The notes under the pieces are model-generated. The model worked only from the letters and a program-made list of their open reading frames with translations, did no database searches and was not told where the DNA came from. 52,842 nucleotides of DNA. Origin: a virus. Its lineage: Duplodnaviria > Heunggongvirae > Uroviricota > Caudoviricetes. Location of the stretch: IMG/VR virus record IMGVR_UViG_3300006153_000005; one strand, given 5' to 3'. Within the stretch, counting starts at the first letter, position 1, and each line of letters begins with the position of its first letter. The position numbers were made by a program, and so were the translations under genes. Shown piece after piece: positions 10,037-20,832 of this stretch.

Positions 10037-10044
10037 TGACTAAT

Positions 10045-13000
10045 TTAGATCCTGATTTTCAGAATCCGTGCAATTTGGTTGACCATATCACGAGTAACTT
10101 TGACATGACCGTTCACCGTTTCAGGACTTGCGTTGCCTTGAATAATGGTATCGCCAATATGAATTTCCACAGGCTGAGAACTATTGTTATACACATTGCT
10201 CACAGCACCAGCGCTGACCTTTGACAACTCGGGCAAAATAGGAGCATTAACATACCCAGGCATATCGCTAAATGCGGCGGACAGCTTACTCATTCGATTC
10301 ACCATCTCAGTTACTGTATTCCACATCGCTTCTGTCAATACCGGTTCGCCTTTTTCCAATTTTGCCATAATCTCATTGTCTTTGACTGATCCATCCACGC
10401 CAGCAAAACCACCCGTATGGTAAATGTACTTCTTATATTTATCGAACAGAAGCTCTTTCGACCCATCCATATACCAGGTTCCATTGTCCCGATGAGTGTA
10501 GACACCGTACTGCGCCAGTTGTTCACCAAGCCGCAAGCTATAATCGCTTAGTTCTTTCTTGCGAGCGTCACTGGCCGTATGATGCTCCTGGCTATTTGCG
10601 TACATTTGCTTAATAATGGCATGAATCATTTCATCATTTGAAGACTGGTTGCCATAATTCGTATTTCCAACAACGGTGTTCGGCTCTTTACCTGTAGCAC
10701 CCGCAGCATCCATATCAGCACCAATATTTTTGAGGGCAGACACATAGCTCCCATACCGTTGTGCCGCTGCCAGAGCGTTATCCCACGCAGTAGTTATCTC
10801 ACTGTTCAGCACACTTCCATATTGCGTGTTCCAATCAATCAGTTCGGAATACAGTGTATCCCAGTGGTTCTGAATATAGTCGATCGCCATGTCATAAAGT
10901 TTTTGATAAGAGGAAATGCTATCTTCCAGAATTGCAATTTCTTTATCCTTTTCTTGATGATAGGCGTCTTCCATATCATCCAAAGCGTTTTTGGTAGCAT
11001 CTAAAGCCTTATCTGCCTGTTCGTCTGCCAAGTCTTCCTGTAACTCAGCCATCTCCTCCAATAGCTTGGCCCGTTCCGCCTGCGCCTCTCGACTGTCATC
11101 CAAACTAAGCGCATCAATACGAGCTTGTAATTTAGCAATTTCTTTCAGCTTGTTAGCACGCTTTTTTTCGTAGTCGGCCTCATCCTTCGTAGCATCCAGC
11201 GACTCTTTTTTCTGGTCGATGATTTCAGAGTAAGCGTCTTTCATATCTTCCAGTGCGTCAATCTGATCGTTGATTCGTTGTTTCAACATATCCATAACGT
11301 ACTTTAAGATATCGTCAAGCCCAGACTGCATCTTTTTCAGCTCGTCAGTCACGCCGCCAGCAGTTTGCCCAATGCTTTGTACAGCGCTGTCAGCCAATGC
11401 ACGAATAGCATTGATGTTGTCCAGCGCTGCTTTATACTGATCTTGATCCAGCCCTGCCATAGCCAAACTTGCATACACGAAGCCCCATGTAGCGTCAGTC
11501 GCTTCCTCGGTAGCATACAGCAAATTGTTAAGGGTTTCGATATTCCCCTCCATTTTCGCGATACGCAAAGCCTCAATGTAAGACAAAGAACTCTCGATTG
11601 CAAGTTGCTGTGTCTTTGCCGCAATCACATCACGAATGCGCTCCTCATTGATGACCAGCTGGCCGTTTTCATCCATAAGATACGCCACATACTTCACACC
11701 TAATCCGATAATGTTCTGCAAAGTATCAACTGTAATGTATCCACTTTCCGCATACTCATCGGCGGCATCATGTAGGGTGTCGTAAACGTCTTGGATAGAA
11801 TCAACCGCCTTAGATGCCTCTTCCACAATAGCGTCAAGCAAAGAAAGAATCTCTTCACGGGAATCTTTCATACTGTGCTGCAACTCCCACCAGTTAGCAG
11901 AAGCATCCCGATTTTCTTCGTTTAGATCGGTCAGCGAACCGATTAAATCTTCCGTTTCCTTGCGAAGAGCGTTTGTCGCCTCTTGCAAGGTATCGTATTC
12001 TCCCTTGCTGTCGGCTGTCAGATCATTGAGACGCTCCATATTCTCAATCCAGAGTTCATTGGTATCTGCATTGTACTTCACAACAAAGCCCAACTCACGG
12101 AGCGCTGCAACGCCAGCTGTGATTGTGCTATCCCTCTGGTTGTTTAGATTGTGTAGAGCATCTTGTTCACGCTCGTAAGCGCCAATCAACTGTCGTTCCA
12201 ATAGGATCTTCTCTTTCAGATTATCAGACTCGTCGATTCTCGTCTCAATATTAGATCTGACTTCTTGAGCCTTGCGCAGACGCTCGATTGCTTCACGGTA
12301 TGCGTCAATGTCAGCAATATACTCTTCAACTTCCTTAGAAGATCCACCACCTGAGCCTCCACCGCCACCAGAGCCTAATCCACCCTTAAAATCTTTCAAG
12401 GGGATATTTTTCAACGCACGAAGCGCGGCAATTTGTCCATCAATCTGAGCAATCGCATTCTGGTAGCTGGAGATATCAAGCTGAATCTGCGAAATAAAAT
12501 CGTCCAGATTTGTTTGCTTGGCAGTATAGTTATAATCAGTACCTTGGAAACTCCCACTTGTTAGATTTAGAGAAATCCCACTACCGCCAACACCACCACC
12601 AGAGCCACCCTGAACACCGCTTGATCCAGCAACCTGACCACCAGCGACTCCAGCCATAGCCTTAGCAGCTTCTTGGCATTGTCTCGCAAAAGAAGCAACA
12701 TCCAGCTTCGCCTGTGTCATGTTGTTGTAAACAGCCTGTGCTGCCGCATATGCGGCCTGATTAAAGTTACCGTTTACATCAGTGCAGACCTCCATAGCAA
12801 CACGATCAAACTCTTCTGCGTTCTGGGCCATAGCTGCCGCCGCCAGCTTAAATGCAGTAGCTTCATCAATCCCTGCGTCAATCAGAGCTTGTGCTACAAT
12901 ATTGCCAGCGTTGATACGATACTCCGCCAGCTCTTTAGCAATCTGACCCTCTCCCTCACCTACATTTTGGGCGAGATCAAGTTGTGCCTGCGCTGCTTGA

Positions 13001-16000
13001 ACCTTCGCTTCCAACACGGCCTTATCCGCTTCCAGCTTGGCAACCTCTGCATCAATCTGTGCGTCCAACTCGGCCTTTTTTCCTTGAATAAACGAGTTGA
13101 CAACACCCTCGTTCAGAATAACCTGTCCATCAGCAGATACTTGAGCATTGTTGAGAATTTCAGGATAAACCTTAGCGAACTCCAAAGCCTTGTCCAATGA
13201 CAGCGAGAACCCATTTGCAACCTCAGCCTGCAGTTCTGCAAGGGTTTGGAACGAATCGGAGACAGAATCAATGGTGCTTGCTACGTTGGAAAAGTTGTTT
13301 AGTGCCGCACTATAAGCATCCAGACTTCCCGTGATATTTCCATACAACGACTCATAAATTGCCAGCTTATTTTGGTTAGCAGCAATAGCGTCGGTATTCT
13401 CATTGATTTCATTTGTTGCCTTAGCAATCAAATTACTCCATAGACCGCCATCACTACCAAGCTGACGTTGCTCCTCATAATAAGCAATATTCTCACGTAA
13501 AGCCTCATTTTGCTCTTCCAACGAGTCGATTTCCTTTTGGATTTCGGCCATCTCATTCTGCATTTTAACATTGGCGTTTTCTTTCCATGCCTCAGTATTG
13601 AGCTTGACAACCCCATTTTCTTCATAGAGATAATCAAGATAATTGTCCTCAGCAGAAGCCAGCTTTTCAATAGTATCAGCAGACAACCCTCCGCCGTCTG
13701 CCATCTCTTTTTGAGCCGCCTCCAAAACATCATAAGCTGATTTCAGTTTTGAAAGCACCTCTGGCAACTTTTGAAGCTGTGCAATATAGCGACCCGTCTC
13801 CTCAGAGGCTCCAGCCAAATCCTCAGCATAGAAAGCCGCGAAATGCGACTGGCTTTTCAGAACAGAGTCAACAGCGTTCGCAATATCTTGACTTGAGCCA
13901 ATAAATTCTCCGCTCTCCTCAGCCGCAGCTATCACGCTCTGCCGATAGTCGTTGAACTCATCTTCCGTAGACGGGATCTCATTTTCAATCAAGCCTTGCA
14001 ACATATACTGTTCAGCCAAATTGTTGTTCAACGACGAAATACTGTCCTGATAACTCTTTACTGCGGATGAGCATTTGTTGTAGGCATCAAATAGGGCATT
14101 GTAGACTTCGTTATCCGAACCAGCAGTTTCAGACACAATATCCAGCATTTTACCCAACCGCTCATAGGCGTTAATGACTCCCTCAACAGTTGAAAGATCA
14201 AAATCATCCTCACTGGGCAACCACAATTCCATACCACGTGGAGCAAATGAGCCATCCGAAATGTATCCAGCGTCAACCAGAGCTTGCAACCCTTTCCGGT
14301 TAATATCCGCTTCATCTGCTCCCCATGTTGTAATTATGTGGTTCATTGATTTGTTGGCGGGGCCAGAGCCTTTCCCAGTTGATAAAAGCTCATCTTTTTG
14401 AGCGTTAAGACCACCACGCAAATCGCGCTCAGACGCTTGGAGAGATTCTATCGCGGCTGCTTTAATTGCGTCCGTAAGGTTCCCGTACTCTTCGGTCAAC
14501 TCCTGGATTCGATCTTTTTCTATTCCGAGCTTGTCAATAAGCTCGTCTTGGGTAGAAAGCAAATCTTCCTTGACAGAATCATCTGTTTTAACAGCTTCGC
14601 TCAACTCCAAGTAGCGACCTGTCAAATCCACAATTTCATCGCTGAGTGTAGCCGCCGAGTTCGCAGCATCAATCGCCGCTTGACGAGCTTCCTCTTGCGC
14701 CTGCTTATAGCTCTGCCACGCCTGCACCAATGCCATAACCGCAGTTACCGCCAGCATAATCCACGTCATGGGATTAGTCGCCATAGCTGCAAGCGCTGCC
14801 TTGGCATTTGCGCCGACAACTTTCCATGAAAATGCTTGGGTTTCGTTTGCCGCAGCTTGTTCCAAAGATGCAATAATCGCCTGCTTTTGGGTAGCGGTCA
14901 ATTTGTTGGAATTTAGAATTTCCACCATCATTGCGGCAGAAAGCTGTTCCGTTGTTCTCTTTTCAGTGGCCTTTGCCATATTTTTAGCAAGGGCTGAAGC
15001 GGTCGCTTTATCCGTAGACGCTTTTTCGGCAAGCTCCTGGATTGTATATCTTTGGGCAGAAACAATTAGAGCAGACATCGTTGTGATCTGTTTCTTCTGC
15101 TCCGCAGTTAGTCCAAGTGCGCTCATAGCAGCTGCCTGTTGAGACTTGTCCAGCCCTATCAGTTTCGTAGCATAGAATTGTACGCTTGCCGCACTACCAT
15201 CCATAGCTACCCCAGATGCCTTAATTGCATTTACAGCAGGCAATACTGTAGTTTGTAAAGACCCCATCGTCGATCTGAACTTTGCAATCAGTGCAATGGT
15301 TGTGATAAGAGCACCAGATCCAAACAAACCAAGAGACTGTGTTAAACGGTCAATCACGTTAGAAACAGCAATCAGGCCGTCAACAACCAATTTCAAATCA
15401 TCGGTCTGAAATAGATTTTGGGCAACGCCAACCCAGGTCTGTTGTAGAGTATTGAGCTTGTATTCCAAAGACTGGGTAATCTTATCCATTTCGCGTTCTG
15501 CACTACCAGCACTATTCTCCATTGTTTCGATAGCTTTTTGAGCCTGCTCAAAATTGGAAAGAATAGCCGAACCAATCTGGCCTTGCCGTTTGCCGAACAA
15601 AACTTCCAGCAGTTGTGCCCTGTTCTTATCTGTCAGCTCATCCCAAATTGTTGCGATATCTTGAAGAATGTCATATGTGGAACGGTAAGTATCGGGATCG
15701 CCAACTTCAAACAGTCTAACACCTTGGTTATTATTGCTGGCAACTTTGGTAAGATCCGCAATATCCCCTGTCAATTCAGCGACATCGTTTGAATACTCTT
15801 CAAGTTCTTCGTCATACCCACGAATACGCATAGACACAGTTTTCAGAGCATTACCGACACTGGAGGCATCTCTTGTAATCTCCACAGCGGCAGTAGCCAG
15901 AGCCACAGTTTCCTCAAAAGTATTATTCGCCGCTTTCATTGCTGAAGAGCTTCTGGTCATAACCTCTACGATATCCTTATTGGAAACAGCAAATTTATTG

Positions 16001-18264
16001 CCAATATCATTAACCTTAGAGATGATACCGTCCAAGGAATCGTTTACGTCGATTTCATCAAACGCTTTCAAGGCGCTGACCAGACCATCTGTTGCCTGAG
16101 TAATGTCCATACCAGGAGAAATTGCCGCAAAAATTGCAGAGTTTTTAGACAACTCTGCGGCCTCGGCCATAGTATAACCCAAACGTGCCCACTCAGCGGT
16201 TTGAGAGATGACCGCCTCTGTCGTTACTCCAAGTGCCTTTGCTGTATCGTTTGCAGTAGCGTAGAAATTGCGATACTCCGCCTCTGTTGCCACTGTAACC
16301 TTACGCAAATCCACCATAGCCGTATCCAGGTCGATAATCGTTGAAATCGCAGACCTCAGCAAACGAAAGGCTCTGAACAGTAGCGTTGTAGCTGAAACCC
16401 ACTGCAATACCTTACCGACATTGTTCTTCAGAACATCGCCAAGGGATTGCATATTCTTCCCTGCCGCCTTAACCTCAGACTTAAACGCACTGAATTGTGC
16501 TGTCCACTTAGTCAAATCTGCCTGGCTGTTTACTCGTCTGAGATTTGCTTCCAACTGCTGGAACTGTGCGTTCAATCCAGGATCTTTTTTTAAGGCACTC
16601 CACGTTCTTCCAACGGTTGCCAAATCCGCTTTTGCCTTTTCCAGACTTTGAGTGAATCTAAAATCGTTGACCTCGCCACGTTGGACACGCATCAGCTCAG
16701 ACATCTCTTTGCTGCACGCTCCAATTAGTTGTTGCAGCCGTTCATATGTCTGAACCTTTTCCCGATCGCCCATATTCGAGCTATATTGCGACGCCAGTTC
16801 CCGAAGCTGTCTCATATTCCGAGTAACAGACTCCGTGGGTTGCACCAGCTGATTATATTTAGTTTGCAAATCAGCGATAGTGCTCGGAATGCGCTGCATA
16901 GCGGCATCGTATTCTCTCGCCTTATCCGCAATTTCCATCTGGGTATATACCAGCTGAGAACCATTCAAAAGGCGGCTCTGTTCAAGAGCCGCCGCCTGTT
17001 GTGCGTATTGAACGATATCCACATAAGGAACCAGTTGTCCCTCCAAGGTAGTTCTCTGGTTCTGTAGGACTGCAAGCTGCCCCTGCAAAGCAACCAACTT
17101 ATTCTGATCGGCTTTGGGGTCTAACTTCACCATTTGAGCTTGCACAGAGGTAATCTGTTTATCCAAACCAATCAACTGAGTGTATATAGCATTGACACCA
17201 CGTAGCCGCTCTTGAAACACAGACACATCGTTATTCAGCTGGTCAAAGCTGTTAAGAAATGTCACAAGCTCATCTTTAGTGCCAACATTTTGCAAAGAGG
17301 TCTTCAGTCCGTCGATTTTCGTCTTAAATGTCTCGGTGAGCGTTCCCGCAGCCTCCAGCCGTTTTTCCAAAGCCTCCAAACCGGAAAGCTGGTCGCCCTT
17401 GATTGAACCGATGTCTTTTGTCCTCAGCTTGGTCGCTACATACTCCGCATTCTGATACTCTTTTACAAGTCGTTGCAGATTAGCAATCTGCGCCTCCAGG
17501 CTGGAACGCTGCACATTGTCCAAACGCCCCTCAGCAGAAATCATATTCTGAATTTGAGCATTAAGAGCAGTATAGGTATTATTCAGCGTTTCCAAATGTG
17601 AACTATCCTTGATCGGCTTTACAGAGGTGGAACCAGCATAAGCAGCCTGGACATCGGCCAAAATAGACAACTGCCGATTTAAGTATGAAACTCGTGATTC
17701 ATTATCCTTTTGCGCCTGCTTTGCAATTTGCTCCTGGACATTCCGCTGGCGTTCAAGATTGGCTGTCACATTGGTCAAGTGGGTGTTGATTTCGCCCGTC
17801 TCAGTGTTGTAGGTCTGCAAATAAGTGACCGTGCGCTGCATCTGATCTGTGCCCTGAATAGTCAGGTTCAGCATTCGCTCCTCTTCACCGTTGACTGCTT
17901 GCCACCGCCCAGTAATCCGATCAATCTGAATGCCCATCTTATCCAGCTGGTCGGTCATGGCGCGAGAAATATCAGGACTGACCTTCAAGTTGTTTAGCTC
18001 TTGCCGGATTTTTGCAACAGAGCTTTGATCCAAATTCAACGTAACGCCGATACCTTGTGTTTTCGTTGCCTGAGCGATCTGCCGACTTACTTTTTGGGCT
18101 TCAGACTGAATGTTAGAGCTATCCAGAGAAACGCCAACCTTGATAGTGCTTTTCGAGTTGATCATCTTCGCAATATTAGGAAGCTGCGCTGAAATTCGTT
18201 GTGCGGAAGCCTGTTCGTCGGCCTCCAGTTCGCTCGTCAATACAATCTTCAGATCTTCGTCCAT
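10045..18264 (-). CDS. Tail tape measure protein (TP901-type core)
   Basis: 2739 aa, largely helical; LDTAMVDLRKVT...EWARLGY...VGNALKTVSMRIRG core; C-terminal YHTGG...EIMAKLEKGEP. Confidence 0.95.
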   Translation of the reverse strand: MDEDLKIVLTSELEADEQASAQRISAQLPNIAKMINSKSTIKVGVSLDSSNIQSEAQKVSRQIAQATKTQGIGVTLNLDQSSVAKIRQELNNLKVSPDISRAMTDQLDKMGIQIDRITGRWQAVNGEEERMLNLTIQGTDQMQRTVTYLQTYNTETGEINTHLTNVTANLERQRNVQEQIAKQAQKDNESRVSYLNRQLSILADVQAAYAGSTSVKPIKDSSHLETLNNTYTALNAQIQNMISAEGRLDNVQRSSLEAQIANLQRLVKEYQNAEYVATKLRTKDIGSIKGDQLSGLEALEKRLEAAGTLTETFKTKIDGLKTSLQNVGTKDELVTFLNSFDQLNNDVSVFQERLRGVNAIYTQLIGLDKQITSVQAQMVKLDPKADQNKLVALQGQLAVLQNQRTTLEGQLVPYVDIVQYAQQAAALEQSRLLNGSQLVYTQMEIADKAREYDAAMQRIPSTIADLQTKYNQLVQPTESVTRNMRQLRELASQYSSNMGDREKVQTYERLQQLIGACSKEMSELMRVQRGEVNDFRFTQSLEKAKADLATVGRTWSALKKDPGLNAQFQQLEANLRRVNSQADLTKWTAQFSAFKSEVKAAGKNMQSLGDVLKNNVGKVLQWVSATTLLFRAFRLLRSAISTIIDLDTAMVDLRKVTVATEAEYRNFYATANDTAKALGVTTEAVISQTAEWARLGYTMAEAAELSKNSAIFAAISPGMDITQATDGLVSALKAFDEIDVNDSLDGIISKVNDIGNKFAVSNKDIVEVMTRSSSAMKAANNTFEETVALATAAVEITRDASSVGNALKTVSMRIRGYDEELEEYSNDVAELTGDIADLTKVASNNNQGVRLFEVGDPDTYRSTYDILQDIATIWDELTDKNRAQLLEVLFGKRQGQIGSAILSNFEQAQKAIETMENSAGSAEREMDKITQSLEYKLNTLQQTWVGVAQNLFQTDDLKLVVDGLIAVSNVIDRLTQSLGLFGSGALITTIALIAKFRSTMGSLQTTVLPAVNAIKASGVAMDGSAASVQFYATKLIGLDKSQQAAAMSALGLTAEQKKQITTMSALIVSAQRYTIQELAEKASTDKATASALAKNMAKATEKRTTEQLSAAMMVEILNSNKLTATQKQAIIASLEQAAANETQAFSWKVVGANAKAALAAMATNPMTWIMLAVTAVMALVQAWQSYKQAQEEARQAAIDAANSAATLSDEIVDLTGRYLELSEAVKTDDSVKEDLLSTQDELIDKLGIEKDRIQELTEEYGNLTDAIKAAAIESLQASERDLRGGLNAQKDELLSTGKGSGPANKSMNHIITTWGADEADINRKGLQALVDAGYISDGSFAPRGMELWLPSEDDFDLSTVEGVINAYERLGKMLDIVSETAGSDNEVYNALFDAYNKCSSAVKSYQDSISSLNNNLAEQYMLQGLIENEIPSTEDEFNDYRQSVIAAAEESGEFIGSSQDIANAVDSVLKSQSHFAAFYAEDLAGASEETGRYIAQLQKLPEVLSKLKSAYDVLEAAQKEMADGGGLSADTIEKLASAEDNYLDYLYEENGVVKLNTEAWKENANVKMQNEMAEIQKEIDSLEEQNEALRENIAYYEEQRQLGSDGGLWSNLIAKATNEINENTDAIAANQNKLAIYESLYGNITGSLDAYSAALNNFSNVASTIDSVSDSFQTLAELQAEVANGFSLSLDKALEFAKVYPEILNNAQVSADGQVILNEGVVNSFIQGKKAELDAQIDAEVAKLEADKAVLEAKVQAAQAQLDLAQNVGEGEGQIAKELAEYRINAGNIVAQALIDAGIDEATAFKLAAAAMAQNAEEFDRVAMEVCTDVNGNFNQAAYAAAQAVYNNMTQAKLDVASFARQCQEAAKAMAGVAGGQVAGSSGVQGGSGGGVGGSGISLNLTSGSFQGTDYNYTAKQTNLDDFISQIQLDISSYQNAIAQIDGQIAALRALKNIPLKDFKGGLGSGGGGGSGGGSSKEVEEYIADIDAYREAIERLRKAQEVRSNIETRIDESDNLKEKILLERQLIGAYEREQDALHNLNNQRDSTITAGVAALRELGFVVKYNADTNELWIENMERLNDLTADSKGEYDTLQEATNALRKETEDLIGSLTDLNEENRDASANWWELQHSMKDSREEILSLLDAIVEEASKAVDSIQDVYDTLHDAADEYAESGYITVDTLQNIIGLGVKYVAYLMDENGQLVINEERIRDVIAAKTQQLAIESSLSYIEALRIAKMEGNIETLNNLLYATEEATDATWGFVYASLAMAGLDQDQYKAALDNINAIRALADSAVQSIGQTAGGVTDELKKMQSGLDDILKYVMDMLKQRINDQIDALEDMKDAYSEIIDQKKESLDATKDEADYEKKRANKLKEIAKLQARIDALSLDDSREAQAERAKLLEEMAELQEDLADEQADKALDATKNALDDMEDAYHQEKDKEIAILEDSISSYQKLYDMAIDYIQNHWDTLYSELIDWNTQYGSVLNSEITTAWDNALAAAQRYGSYVSALKNIGADMDAAGATGKEPNTVVGNTNYGNQSSNDEMIHAIIKQMYANSQEHHTASDARKKELSDYSLRLGEQLAQYGVYTHRDNGTWYMDGSKELLFDKYKKYIYHTGGFAGVDGSVKDNEIMAKLEKGEPVLTEAMWNTVTEMVNRMSKLSAAFSDMPGYVNAPILPELSKVSAGAVSNVYNNSSQPVEIHIGDTIIQGNASPETVNGHVKVTRDMVNQIARILKIRI

Positions 18265-18292
18265 CTTTTCTCACCACCCTTTATTTCAAAAA

Positions 18293-18790
18293 TCATTTCA
18301 CTTTGACACCCTGCCTTTGTAATCCTGCTTTCAAAGCAGTGATGTGTGCTTTACTTGCTTTTAGGTGTTCAATCGTTTTTGCAGTAAAAGGACGCGGCCC
18401 CATATAGGCCGCGCCTTGTTTCGGAAAGTCGTATTGATAAAACTTGTACCCATGCCCGTACTCGATTAGTTCGGGAAGATTTTTCCCGGTCGTCACCTGT
18501 CCCTCGCTCATACAGCCGCCCGGATTCGGATCGGTTAAGTTGACTACCGCCATAACTCCACCACGGGATGTTCCTCCCTCAATTTCAATGTTATAAGGGT
18601 CAGCCATACCGCCATATTCTCCGCGTCTGCGATACATTCGAGGCGTATAGACTTTATAGATAACCTCGTAAATGGTGGCGGCTTCTTCGTCTTGAATCTC
18701 TTTGAATACTTCATTATTCATGGCATCGTCAATCTTTCCCATCAATTTTTTGTTCGCTGCCGCAAGAGCTTCACGAATAGTCGTACCCAT
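18293..18790 (-). CDS. Hypothetical tail protein (possibly HK97 gp10-like)
   Basis: 165 aa; PRPFTAKTIEHL near the C-terminus resembles the gp10-like family; directly upstream of TMP. Confidence 0.45.
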   Translation of the reverse strand: MGTTIREALAAANKKLMGKIDDAMNNEVFKEIQDEEAATIYEVIYKVYTPRMYRRRGEYGGMADPYNIEIEGGTSRGGVMAVVNLTDPNPGGCMSEGQVTTGKNLPELIEYGHGYKFYQYDFPKQGAAYMGPRPFTAKTIEHLKASKAHITALKAGLQRQGVKVK

Positions 18791-18807
18791 GCCGCCACCT
18801 CCTTCTT

Positions 18808-19434
18808 TTACTCTTTCTTCCCCTCGTGGAGTTTAAGTAATCCTTGCAAAATGCCGCCCTCGTCTAACCCCTTTGTCGCAACAGACAGATCACCTGCAAA
18901 CTGCATCAGGTCGCTCACATTCAGACTATCCACCTTTGTAGTCAGAGCCACAATCAAATCACGCAGAGCGTTCTCCGTTGTGTTACCACTCAAAGTACAG
19001 CCCTTCTTCCAGTCGATAGCTTGAGTACAGAGGGCAACCATTTCACCCAACATAGCCTGATACCCCTCATTCTGCACGGCATCCAGATTGAGAGCCAAAT
19101 ACAGCTCGTTCATGCCGTTCAAATCCAATGCCGCAGCGCCCTCATCGTCTGTTTCGTTTTTGAGAGTCAGGGGCGGAAGGTTCGTACACATCTGCATAAT
19201 TGTGGCCCGCAGCATAGGGGAAACATACTCAGGCCGGAATTTGCCCGTAGAATCAAAACAACCGGAAATCACCCGATTGATAAAGGTGGTTTTCTCACTT
19301 ACTGTCAACGCTGTGTGAAAGGCCACTTCAAAAGAACTGTCTCCCATGGTGAATGTCTGGGTATATGCGTCTTCACGCTTGTGCTCTTTTAGAAAGGCTT
19401 TTACAGTATTCACTGCGATTTTCTTCATTATCAT
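18808..19434 (-). CDS. Hypothetical protein (candidate tail assembly chaperone)
   Basis: 208-aa ORF upstream of TMP; function by position only. Confidence 0.45.
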   Translation of the reverse strand: MIMKKIAVNTVKAFLKEHKREDAYTQTFTMGDSSFEVAFHTALTVSEKTTFINRVISGCFDSTGKFRPEYVSPMLRATIMQMCTNLPPLTLKNETDDEGAAALDLNGMNELYLALNLDAVQNEGYQAMLGEMVALCTQAIDWKKGCTLSGNTTENALRDLIVALTTKVDSLNVSDLMQFAGDLSVATKGLDEGGILQGLLKLHEGKKE

Positions 19435-19446
19435 AATCCTCCAGAA

Positions 19447-20181
19447 TCAGTTCATTTTCATAGCCAGATTGTAAGTCAAATCATCCGCGTGTTGACTGAT
19501 CCAGCCACGATAGTTCTTTTCCAGACGGCAAACTGCCGTCCGCTCATCATTGTTAAACCACTCCATGTAAGGCACAAATCCAGAACGCTCCGGATTGGAA
19601 ATAAGGTCGTTCTGTCCGTCATGTCCGATAACAATTACTTTGCAGCTATCATGGACACGTGTTAGCACTTTTTTTAACTCATCAAAGTAGAAATTCTGGG
19701 CTTCATCTACAATAACTACCTTGTTCTCAAAGTTCGTGCCTCGCAGAAAAGTGTGTGTCAAACATTCGATGTAGGCGCTCTGGTACTTCTCGTTGATAGA
19801 ACTGTCATAAAATGCGGTGTTCCGATTCACACCTATCTTATCTAACGCTTCATAAAACGGCTCGAAATACGGTTCGGATTTTTCTTCGATAGTTCCCTTT
19901 AGGAAACCTTGTTTTTGTTCCTGTGTCGGTGAAGCGATATACACAATGCCTTGGCTTCTGCCATACTCATATAGAAGATTGGCCGTGGCAGTAGCAATAA
20001 GTGTTTTTCCTGTACCTGCCTTGGCGTTACAGAAAACAACCAGTTTCTCCTTGCTCCAAATCGCATCCCGAAAAATCTTTTGCTGTTCATCCAGCCTCAG
20101 CCCATAAAACGGGTGTTCAGAAAGGGTAATAGGAACATCATGAATGCTCACGCCAATATTTTTCCGCGCCATATTTTTCAC
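19447..20181 (-). CDS. phoH: PhoH-family ATPase
   Basis: Walker A AKAGTGKT; LRGTNFENKVVIVDEAQN; GHDGQND. Confidence 0.9.
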   Translation of the reverse strand: MKNMARKNIGVSIHDVPITLSEHPFYGLRLDEQQKIFRDAIWSKEKLVVFCNAKAGTGKTLIATATANLLYEYGRSQGIVYIASPTQEQKQGFLKGTIEEKSEPYFEPFYEALDKIGVNRNTAFYDSSINEKYQSAYIECLTHTFLRGTNFENKVVIVDEAQNFYFDELKKVLTRVHDSCKVIVIGHDGQNDLISNPERSGFVPYMEWFNNDERTAVCRLEKNYRGWISQHADDLTYNLAMKMN

Positions 20182-20184
20182 TCC

Positions 20185-20832
20185 TTAAAGAATGGTATCA
20201 ATGTCTGTCACAATCTCATCAGCGATTCCCAACTTAATCATTTCTTCACTGAACATAAACCAGTCTCGCCGGTAGTTCTTGTCATAAACATCCTCCGTAA
20301 TGTGAGTGCTGGAAATGATATACGCTTTCATCCGCACCTCCAGCTCCTTGGTAAATTCCAAGTTATCCAACATTTTGCCAATACTGCCGATTGCACCAGA
20401 AGATCCATCGTGAATAAGACAACTGGTATGAGGGAAGATATACCGTTTGTGACCGGCCATCAGCAAAAGGCCACCAGCACTATAAACTCGTCCCATGCCA
20501 ATGGTATAAACGGGGGTTTTAGATAAGTGGATCATATCAATGATGTGTAGCACTGTATCCACACTGCCGCCGTCTGAATTGATAAGGATTTTGATAGGCC
20601 GACGATCCTTCGGTTCAATGCCTCTATCCTCTGCATTCCACTTTCGGATGTAAAGCGCAATGTCGACTGTGGCATCATCAATTTCGTCGTTCCAGAGAAT
20701 TTCCCTCTTTTTCAGCCGACGATAGTATTCAAGCAAGGAAGGTTCAGGAAGCACATCCTCCATCAAATCCTGAATGTCCTCAAAGTCCTCGGCAAATTCA
20801 CCACAAATACGATTCTTCATGTTTGCACTCAT
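20185..20832 (-). CDS. clpP: ClpP-family serine protease
   Basis: INSDGGSV, VYSAG (catalytic Ser), LIHDG (His), RDWFM (Asp), LGIADEI. Confidence 0.9.
   Translation of the reverse strand: MSANMKNRICGEFAEDFEDIQDLMEDVLPEPSLLEYYRRLKKREILWNDEIDDATVDIALYIRKWNAEDRGIEPKDRRPIKILINSDGGSVDTVLHIIDMIHLSKTPVYTIGMGRVYSAGGLLLMAGHKRYIFPHTSCLIHDGSSGAIGSIGKMLDNLEFTKELEVRMKAYIISSTHITEDVYDKNYRRDWFMFSEEMIKLGIADEIVTDIDTIL

Noticed and set aside
18293-19434. Programmed frameshift tail-chaperone pair before TMP
   Set aside because: Both ORFs have their own RBS and start codon, and I saw no convincing slippery site near the first stop
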